Shown piece after piece: positions 1-7,668 of a stretch of DNA of 12,708 nt. Every line of letters starts with the position of its first letter. The stretch's first letter is position 1. The stretch lies in assembly GCF_006345805.1 (NCBI RefSeq), contig NW_021826711.1, positions 1 through 12,708 on the forward strand, given 5' to 3'. Position numbers and translations under genes: made by a program. The stretch is from Octopus sinensis. Taxonomy: Eukaryota. The notes under the pieces were generated by a model. That model made no database searches. It worked only from the letters and a program-made list of their open reading frames with translations, and was not told where the DNA came from.

Positions 1-299
1 GCAGTTGTCCTCCTCCTGTCCCGCCTGTCCAACCACAGCTGTGCTCTCCTCTCCTCAGCCATGGAAACGCCTTTCCTCACCGTCCGACGCCAGGCAGAGC
101 GGTCAGCAGCTTTTTCTCCCACGTGTCCACACAGATGTTGGCAGTCCTCAGGTCGCGCTTGCACACGTCTCTGTATCGTAGCTGTGGACGTCCCTTGGGT
201 CGGGATCCCGTGGTGAGTTCACTGTATAGGATGTCTTTAGGCATGCGACCGTCCTGCATGCGGCAGACGTGTCCGAGCCAGCGCAGTCGTCTCCTTAGA
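1..299 (-). mobile_element. RTE-clade non-LTR retrotransposon, C-terminal ORF fragment (frameshifted, runs off the left edge)
   Basis: The minus strand translates ILRRRLRWLGHVCRMQDGRMPKDILYSELTTGSRPKGRPQLRYRDVCKRDLRTANICVDTWEK. After a 1-bp loss in the T-run at ~112-116 it continues AADRSAWRRTVRKGVSMAEERRAQLWLDRRDRRRTT. The RLRWLGHV.RM...R.PK.ILY.EL..G.R..GRP..R..D..K.D pattern is the typical post-RT C-terminus of RTE/BovB-like LINEs. The 5' part is missing and the match stops at a (TA)n tract. Confidence 0.88.
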
Positions 300-335
300 A
301 TATATATATACATAATATATAATTGTATGTATATA

Positions 336-376
<41 letters not shown>
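300..376. repeat. (TA)n microsatellite, slightly interrupted
   Basis: Direct reading; a few G/C interruptions. Confidence 0.97.
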
Positions 377-609
377 CACATGATAACGTGACCGACCAGG
401 ACATCAGATGTTACTACACATCGCTGATCACAATGTGCTTCGTATTGTTTTAGCATTTAATGACACCACCCCGCTGGCTAAGCGAGCAGGCCAACAGAAG
501 AAAGAGTGAGAGAAAGGTGTGGCGAAAGAGTATAACAGGGATCACCACAACCACTTGCCGGAGCCTCGTGGAAGTGTAGGTATTTTCGCTCAATAAACAC
601 TCAAAACGC
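377..609 (-). mobile_element. 5'-truncated SINE body, lacking the tRNA head, ending in the (TA)n tract
   Basis: Its reverse complement contains ttgagcgaaaatacct, which resembles ttgaacaaaacactt just after the B box of the SINE at 10476-10722. The body (ccaccccgctggctaagcgagcaggccaacagaagaaagagtgagagaaag) matches my recollection of an abundant octopus SINE. Not database-verified. Confidence 0.65.
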
Positions 610-916
610 AAATGCAATCAACATAATATTCAGATAGTTTCGTTTGTGTTCTCTTTTATATTTTAATGCTAAATGAGTTATTAGCCTATATGGCACCATG
701 TGATTCGTAGTACTCAAGTCTCAGAAACCTGATAGGAATTAAAATTGGTACTTCTTCTGTGATTCATCAATAAAACCACCAACCTTTTGCTTGATTGTTT
801 GATAGTTGTTTGTTCTTGTGCAAAGTACACAATACATAACTGAATACTGTTTGCTCTTGATTTTCCCAAAACTGTCTAATTTGGAAAATTTTAAAAATAA
901 AATGTCGTAACGTTGA

Positions 917-1177
917 AAGTTATGGTGCATGAGAAATATATTGGTGATACCGGTGGTAATTGGATCATTAGGAGCAGTTCCCAAGGGCTTTGCAAAACAG
1001 TTTTAGAACATTGGAGCTCTTCTCAGGCTCGAGGTAATCCAGAAGGCAGCATTGTTGGGTACAGCTCACATTCTAAGGAGAGTATTGTCTGTTTGAGTCA
1101 CAGGAGAAGGCACTACTTGAGACCTTTGGCGATTTGTTGTTGTCTGCTTTCAAGTAAAATATAACCGGTAATTTAGA
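917..1177 (+). mobile_element. R4/Dong-type non-LTR element 3' end (lineage A), decayed ORF end plus 3' UTR
   Basis: The frame at 917-1096 reads KLWCMRNILVIPVVIGSLGAVPKGFAKQF*NIGALLRLEVIQKAALLGTAHILRRVLSV*, with one internal TAG at 1004-1006. This matches the R4-clade RLE terminal motif W...VIPVVIGALG...IQK..LLGTA.ILR.VL*. An ~80-bp UTR follows, then an (ACT)n(AAT)n tract. Confidence 0.85.
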
Positions 1178-1260
<83 letters not shown>

Positions 1261-1271
1261 TAATAATAATA
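1178..1271. repeat. Compound (ACT)n(AAT)n microsatellite, probable tail or target of the adjacent R4/Dong end
   Basis: ACT at 1178-1222, AAT at 1223-1271, read directly. Confidence 0.95.
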
Positions 1272-1633
1272 AGAAAAAGAAATAGAAAAGAAAAAGTAAA
1301 GAAGAAAAAAGAAGAAGAAGAAGAAGAAGAAGGTGAAGAAGAAAAAAGAAGACGAAGATGATGATGAAGAAGAAGAAGAAGAAGAAGAAGAAGAAGGTGA
1401 AGAAGAAAAAAGAAGACGAAGAAGAAGAAGAAGGAGGAGGAGAGGGGAGAAGGTGAAGAAGAAAAAAGAAGACAAAGAAGAAGAAGAAGGAGGAGGAGGA
1501 GAAGGAGAAGGTGAAGAAGAAAAAAGAAGACAAAGAAGAAGAAGGAGGAGGAGGAGAAGAAGAAGAAGAAGAAGAAGAAGAAGAAGAAGAAGAAGAAGAA
1601 GAAAGAAGAGAAGAAGAAGAAGAAGAAGAAGAA
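1272..1633. repeat. Polypurine (GAA/GGA)n tract with higher-order ~56-64 bp units
   Basis: The anchor GGTGAAGAAGAAAAAAGAAGAC recurs at 1332, 1396, 1452 and 1510. The overlapping poly-E/K/R/F/S ORFs are artefacts of this tract. Confidence 0.93.
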
Positions 1634-1756
1634 TGTATGTATAAATATATGAACAATCTTCAGGTTCACAATATATTTGCTTACGAAATTACGAAAATAG
1701 TGTAGAACATAATGTTATTGGAATAAAATGTAAATATACCATTCAAAACATACCGT

Positions 1757-1808
1757 ACATATATACACACATACACACAATCACACAGTTACACAGCACA
1801 CACTCACA

Positions 1809-1840
<32 letters not shown>
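1757..1840. repeat. Degenerate (CA)n followed by (TA)n
   Basis: Direct reading. Confidence 0.9.
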
Positions 1841-1843
<3 letters not shown>

Positions 1844-2039
1844 CTAGCATTATTGTGAAACATATGTAAACGAATAGAATATTTATCTATTTTCTCAGCT
1901 TACTTCTGTTATCTGCTCTATTCTCATATTAACTCTTAACCATTGTAACCAGAAGAGAGAAATAGAGATTTCTGTGAACATATACAAAGTAAATATGAGA
2001 AAATATAGATGATAATGTCCGTAGACGAATGAAGTAAAT

Positions 2040-3150
2040 ATAGGAGGGTTGCAGTTGGTTCAACCTCTAAAAGTAGATGCCGAAGCACATTTAAATATCA
2101 AGCGTATGTTTAATACTTTACAAAAGGAAGAATACGGCATGAGCTACCATAAGTTTGAATTATCCTAAGAAACAAGCATATAAACTCTTCAAAGAGCTCA
2201 GAAATGTGTCATTTTGACAAGATTTGGGAATGTCATAAAATCTGTTAACAGATACGTGAAGAAGAAATATAAGAACAATGCCTTAACGTGTCATTGGGAG
2301 AAATCATGTGAATGGAATGGCATGAAATGAAAGGGATATCGCAATATATGCAAGAATATGTAATGAAATTGGACAATAACACTGGAATAAAATTCCAAAG
2401 CAAACAGACACCTTTTGAGAAATAAAATATATTTTAGGCGATTGAACAAGTGATCGTCAGAAATCTCTGTAACTGTATGATACGTTGATGGAATGTATGC
2501 AGATATTGTGTGCTATAGTGGGCATATTAAATATTGATGATGTATGGTGTTTATTGTTCGTTGGTGTTTGTTCAGCCCTGATTGAACAGATCTTTGTTAA
2601 CAGCTCTTCCATTCATGGACATCATTCTTTATGCCAGGCACAAGATAAGTTGACAAATCAAATATTACAATTGCTAGTGATTTGTAAGGGCCATATCAAA
2701 CATTGTAATAGGAAGTGTTGTAACGTGAGCGACGGATCAATGTTGTTACTGAGAGTAAAGTAAACTGGACATAACAAAAGCAGAAAACCATTCATTAAAA
2801 GTGCTAATAAATATCATCTATCGCTAAAGAGAGTGTCTTAAACTTGTACGACCAAATACGTTGATGTTTGGTCCCCAGATGAAATGGGCTGAAACAAAAA
2901 TGATGAAAGACTTTCTAAACCTGGCTGCCCTGTCTAGAATATCGTATGTATTATTCCTATTTTAAGATTTGATTCGGAATTAGTGGTACCCATTATAAAA
3001 TTGCTGTGAGAGTATAGAGAAGGCGCTGTGCTCTTTTCGTTCGATATGATATATAGATCCGTTTAATAATTAAACCGGACATATGATAGAATAGTCCACA
3101 GTATTATATGAAAGATTCCTATCCGTTATTTGAACACGAATACCGAACAA
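2040..3150 (+). pseudogene. Possible highly decayed long R4-like retrotransposon ORF relic
   Basis: Weak motifs appear in the expected order across frames and stops: IGGLQL (~2040), W..MK/WHEMK (~2312-2330), F*AIEQVIVRNL (~2432-2467; cf. AIQDQVI.TRNY), CRYC (2498-2509, same frame), YARH (2630-2641, same frame), RPNTLMF (~2848; cf. RPDIV), VVPII (~2982). Spacing is imperfect and each motif alone is weak. Confidence 0.35.
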
Positions 3151-3200
3151 TGAATAGGCCATAGACTCCATTTGGTAGATATAAACGTATTAAATGTGAG

Positions 3201-3410
3201 TTTCAAATTTTGGCACAAGGCCATCGATTTCGCGGAAGGTGTTAACTTGATTATATCGATCACAATGATCAACTGGTACTTATTTCATCGACACCGAAGG
3301 ATCAAGGGCAAGTCGGCCTCTGTAGATTATAAACTCTAAACGTAAAGACAAATGAAATCCTGCTAAGCATTTATCCAGGAGTCCTGACGGCTCCGGCAGC
3401 TCGTGGCCTG
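3201..3410 (-). mobile_element. Decayed tRNA-derived SINE
   Basis: The reverse complement reads ...gagctgccggagccgtcag...aaatgcttagc...gtctttacgtttagagtttataatc...aaataagtaccagttga...ggccttgtgccaaaatttgaaa. This resembles a common octopus SINE as I recall it; the A and B boxes are degraded. Confidence 0.65.
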
Positions 3411-4034
3411 AGACGTATCAAGTACTGGATCAGCCAGTGTATTACAGTAGTTAAACGACCAAGTAGCGGAAGAGCCACTCTTTATAGTTGGCATAAGAAG
3501 CTTTTGCACAATATTAACGTTATGAAAAACAGATGAGACATAGAAGACTGTATTATAATGGTGGAAATTCCAATTATTTGAACAGCCAGAATCGTACCAT
3601 CGACATATCAAGTTTTGGAACCGCAGGCATCTTGCAATAGATATATTATGTAACGCGTGAATGTTTCTCTTAACGATATATCATCTGTTAGAATAGTTAC
3701 AGACATAGGATAGACGTATGAAATATTGTAGCTGCCAATATTAATAGCCTGTGTTACATAATGTACGTTACAACTAATGTAGCTTTGGCACTTGCAATGG
3801 GCATGTGAAATATTGGAACACCTTGTACATCACGATGGACATTGCACTTATTTGCACAACCATAATCTTACAAACATCACTCCAGGTATGAGGATTGCCA
3901 GTATTTTTGGATGGGTGTCTCAAAGCACGCGGCATTGTTTGAATTTTTGTTCGCAGTCTTAAAATTTTGACACTGAGGCGAAGAAATGAGTTTTACAGAA
4001 AGACTTGTTTGGCTGTGTGTTATAAATTTGAAAC

Positions 4035-4098
<64 letters not shown>
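4035..4098. repeat. (TTA)n tract 1 of the array
   Basis: Pure TTA repeat of about 64 bp. Confidence 0.97.
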
Positions 4099-4495
4099 GT
4101 TTGACTTTTGCTTTATGTCCACAAGTTGGCTCCAAGTCTCACCCAGAGACCTCAAGAGACAACAGGTTGGAAGTTCACGTTGTTGTTATGCCTAGTGTGC
4201 CATATATCTGGGTTTTTTTTTTTGGTGTTGTACTAGTGAATGTCTAATACATAAATTAAAAAAAAAAATATTTGTTTTAAACCTTGGGATTACACACAGA
4301 GTATTTTGCGTAGGATATGAGCAGTTCCCATGAGCACTATCGTTTGAATTTCTGCCATTTTGGGGTTTCCTGGTATCTGAGTTAGGTAGCAATCAGCCCC
4401 TTTCGCTATCATTCCCAGGGCACCTATGACAACAGGTATTGTTTCAGTCTTCAGGTTCCACATTTTGCTGATTTCTACTTCAAGATCTTTATATG
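4099..4495 (-). mobile_element. 5'-truncated R4/Dong-type element (lineage B), ORF end intact, flanked on both sides by (TAA)n
   Basis: Minus strand 4493-4290 is an uninterrupted 67-aa frame, YKDLEVEISKMWNLKTETIPVVIGALGMIAKGADCYLTQIPGNPKMAEIQTIVLMGTAHILRKILCV*. An ~190-bp 3' UTR follows and runs into (TAA)n. Confidence 0.92.
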
Positions 4496-4560
<65 letters not shown>

Positions 4561-4562
4561 TA
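4496..4562. repeat. (TTA)n tract 2
   Basis: TTA repeat with one C interruption at 4557. Confidence 0.97.
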
Positions 4563-4913
4563 CTTTTTTTCTTCTTTCAAATTTGCTTCCATTTCTTGCC
4601 GAGTGTCTTCCCGACTCCTAGGGCAAAGAAACTCATAGTATACATTGGTAGGCCATTAAACCAAACTCAATAGTTCGTTAATTTTTTTATTTTTTTTAAA
4701 GTTATATTAAAATACATGAGCAGCAACAGTTCTCACATCGACAATGCTCTTCTCAATACGTGTGATGTACCAGTTAAGACAATCTTTTGCACTTCTTGCA
4801 GGGATGGTAAGCCAGGGATCATTCTCATATAATTTTCGGTTCCGTTCTTGATCATTTTTAGTGCTCCTACGATCACTAGTATTGTAACCGCCTTGAGATG
4901 CCACATTTTCTCA

Positions 4914-4915
<2 letters not shown>
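4563..4915 (-). mobile_element. R4/Dong-type 3' end, lineage C, copy 1 (retains the stop codon)
   Basis: Minus strand 4915-4733 reads IEKMWHLKAVTILVIVGALKMIKNGTENYMRMIPGLPSLQEVQKIVLTGTSHVLRRALSM*, followed by an ~170-bp UTR. Confidence 0.92.

Positions 4916-4972
<57 letters not shown>
4916..4972. repeat. (TTA)n tract 3
   Basis: Pure TTA repeat. Confidence 0.97.
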
Positions 4973-4973
<1 letters not shown>

Positions 4974-5326
4974 TTTTTTTCTTCTTTCAAATTTGCTTCC
5001 ATTTCTTGCCGAGTGTCTTCCCGACTCCTAGGGCAAAGAAACTCATAGTATACATTGGAAGGCCATTAAACCAAACTCAATAGTTCGTTAATTTTTTTAT
5101 TTTTTTTAAAGTTATATTAAAATACATGAGCAGCAACAGTTCTCAGCATCGACAATGCTCTTCTCAATACGTGTGATGTACCAGTTAAGACAATCTTTTG
5201 CACTTCTTGCAGGGATGGTAAGCCAGGGATCATTCTCATATAATTTTCGGTTCCGTTCTTCATCATTTTTAGTGCTCCTACGATCACTAGTATTGTAACC
5301 GCCTTGAGATGCCACATTTTCTCAAT
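4973..5326 (-). mobile_element. R4/Dong-type 3' end, lineage C, copy 2
   Basis: Three differences from copy 1 in ~354 bp: T4649 vs A5059, an extra G at 5146, and G4850 vs C5261. Both ends are the same as copy 1. Confidence 0.92.
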
Positions 5327-5385
5327 TTATTATTATATTATATTATTATTATTATTATTATATATTATTATTATTATTATTATTA
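5327..5385. repeat. (TTA)n tract 4, with phase slips
   Basis: TTA repeat with a few single-base losses (tatatta). Confidence 0.95.
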
Positions 5386-5738
5386 CTTTTTTTCTTCTTT
5401 CAATTTGCTTCCATTTCTTGCCGAGTGTCTTCCCGACTCTAGGGCAAAGAAACTCATAGTATACATTGGAAGGCCATTAAACCAAACTCAATAGTTCGTT
5501 CATTTTTTTATTTTTTTTAAAGTTATATTAAAATACATGAGCAGCAACAGTTCTCAGCATCGACAATGCTCTTCTCAATACGTTGATGTGATGTACCAGT
5601 TAAGACAATCCTTTGCACTTCTTGCAGGGATGGTAAGCCAGGGATCATTCTCATAAATTTTCGGTTCCGTTCTTCATCATTTTTAGTGCTCCTACGATCA
5701 CTAGTATTGTAACCGCCTTGAGATGCCACATTTTCTCA

Positions 5739-5740
<2 letters not shown>
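5386..5740 (-). mobile_element. R4/Dong-type 3' end, lineage C, copy 3 (frameshifted)
   Basis: Shares all three copy-2 variants and has six private differences: three 1-bp deletions, a 4-bp TGAT insertion at ~5584, and two substitutions. Both ends are the same as copies 1 and 2. Confidence 0.92.

Positions 5741-5815
<75 letters not shown>
5741..5815. repeat. (TTA)n tract 5
   Basis: Pure TTA repeat of 75 bp. Confidence 0.97.
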
Positions 5816-5816
<1 letters not shown>

Positions 5817-5924
5817 AGTGCTCTGAATCGATAAGAGGGGAGCACACGGTTGTTTGATGCACAGGATCTTGGAACACATATTAGTTCCAACCCCTAGGAA
5901 TATTAAAATTCTTGCGAAAAACGG

Positions 5925-6022
5925 CGATGTTTGAACTTGAAGTTTAGAAAGACAAATCTAAATGGAACTTAGATATTTATTGGAATACCGGCGCTCCTTG
6001 ATTTCTTCTGCTAACTCACTCC
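5925..6022 (-). mobile_element. Possible very decayed SINE head
   Basis: ggcgatgtttgaacttgaagtttagaaagacaaa...ccggcgctcc...tctgctaactcactcc loosely parallels the plus-strand text of the SINE head at ~3315-3410. Confidence 0.3.
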
Positions 6023-6149
6023 ACAAATCGATCAATTTAATAAAATATCATCACTTTAACAAACATTATCTTATAGCAATCACTTACCAATATCGATCGA
6101 AGAGAGAAAAATATAGACGTAAATTTGTTTCCTATTTATTTTATAGCAT

Positions 6150-6197
6150 ATCATTATCATTATTATTATTATTGTTTTTGTTACTGTTGCTTTATTA

Positions 6198-6259
<62 letters not shown>
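6150..6259. repeat. Degenerate (TTA/TTG)n microsatellite
   Basis: Direct reading. Confidence 0.9.
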
Positions 6260-6260
<1 letters not shown>

Positions 6261-6348
6261 TTTATTATATTTTTGGCTTTTATTCATTTTGATTTTAGCG
6301 ATATTTTTAGTGTTTAACTTTGAACTGAATAATTTTTGGCAGCCGAAG

Positions 6349-6519
6349 AAATGGCGGCATCTCTGTTAATTTTTCTGTGTTTATTATTTCAACCACTTAG
6401 TATCAAATAGCGAAATCGTCAGTTGTAATTAAAGAGCCTTAGCTATCGGGAACGAATACTTTGATCGAGGCATTAGCCAAGTTGGCACTCGGCCAATATA
6501 ATACAACCACAGTACGTCA
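6349..6519. promoter_or_regulatory. Candidate cis-regulatory cluster: YY1-like, NFI palindrome with CCAAT, CRE-like
   Basis: AAATGGCGGC at 6349-6358; TTGGC-ACTCG-GCCAA at 6482-6496 (exact NFI consensus TTGGC N5 GCCAA), overlapping CCAAT at 6493-6497; TACGTCA at 6513-6519. Motif evidence only. Confidence 0.3.
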
Positions 6520-6819
6520 GTATAGCTTGTCACTTGTTTGTTTTAGAAGCGATAGCTCTGTTATCAGTTCAGCTGGGAGTTATATAGACAGAGCAATGCT
6601 ACTCTGGTGTTAAACATCATTGAAGTGAGGATTGCTGACATCTTTAATTTGCAAACTATATTGTCCATCAACATACGATCATTACACTTCGTATTTTTTT
6701 TTTGTTTTCCTTTTAACTTCCCTTCAATTATCTGTTACTTTAAAGTCTTCATCGCGTTATTTCATATAGGAAATAAATACCCACCCCACACAAATAAATG
6801 CATATGTGCGTGTATAAAT

Positions 6820-6834
6820 GTATTATATATATAG

Positions 6835-6893
<59 letters not shown>

Positions 6894-7018
6894 AATATAT
6901 GTGTGTGTGTATGTATATATATATATATATATTGTATATATCTATCTATGTATCTATATCTATAGATAATATATATGTATATATATATATATGATCTATA
7001 TATATATGTATATATATA

Positions 7019-7067
<49 letters not shown>
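6820..7067. repeat. Compound (TA)n/(TG)n microsatellite
   Basis: Direct reading. Confidence 0.95.
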
Positions 7068-7069
<2 letters not shown>

Positions 7070-7155
7070 AACTTGTGTATATTTAAACGCACCAACGATT
7101 TATTTATCTCTGCACTATCACAGACTCTGAGCAATGTCGTTGGATTTGCTTGAAT

Positions 7156-7530
7156 ACATTATTCCGAAAATCAATTTCCTGGTAGAATTTATTTGGGTAG
7201 TGGGTTACTCCCAACAACCTTAGTTGTCCACATGATTTGTTATAGGGCACCGAGTGCTCAAAAACATTCCTGATGACCTTTCCTGTTTGTAAAGTGGCAA
7301 ACCCACTCTAGAAGCTTTACAAGACATTCAGTTCCATTCTTCTTTATCCATTTGTCTATGGAATCATTAACAGTCTCTAATAAGCCCATTATCTCAGGTA
7401 AAACATTTACAGATTTCTTTCAACAAATCCGCGCACTCAGGAATCTAAGTGGTTGAATTGTCTCAAATTTTCATTGGCTTTCTTCACACATTTAGTATCA
7501 AATGGACAAGATGGACGAATCTGAATGGAT
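7156..7530 (-). mobile_element. Old R4/Dong-type 3' end (lineage D), with two frameshifts and a stop
   Basis: Minus strand reads CPFDTKCVKKANENLRQFNHL (CPFDT at 7508-7494), then after a frameshift ARIC*KKSVNVLPEIMGLLETVNDSIDKWIKKNGTECLVKLLEW, then after another FATLQTGKVIRNVFEH (LQTG...FEH at 7292-7254). This aligns with the R4 pattern ACPFDT...KY.DL..EI.RIW...V.VIP.IIGALGTV...LDKWI......LQK..LLGTA.ILR.VLE. The 5' end abuts an AAT/AAC repeat. Confidence 0.72.
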
Positions 7531-7573
7531 ATTATTGTTGATGTTGATGTTGCTGTCGTTGTTGTTGTTGTTG

Positions 7574-7644
<71 letters not shown>

Positions 7645-7668
7645 GTAGTAGTAGTAGTAGTAGTAGTA
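7531..7668. repeat. Compound (GTT)n-(ATT)n-(GTA)n microsatellite
   Basis: Direct reading; the minus strand reads (ACT)n(AAT)n(AAC)n. Confidence 0.95.

Noticed and set aside
123-383. 86-aa plus-strand ORF
   Set aside because: It is antisense to the RTE fragment and ends in TA repeat.
1073-1705. Long ORFs of 64-198 aa (poly-F/S/L/E/K/R)
   Set aside because: They are translations of GAA, ACT and AAT repeats, open in many frames on both strands because they lack stops.
4707-5729. Recurring MASQGGYNTSDRRS... ORFs (65-68 aa)
   Set aside because: They are an alternative frame of the R4 endonuclease C-terminus, repeated only because the unit is triplicated.
4035-5815. CRISPR-like repeat-spacer appearance
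   Set aside because: The repeats are variable-length microsatellites, the inserts are ~350-400 bp retrotransposon ends (three nearly identical), there are no cas genes, and the context is eukaryotic.
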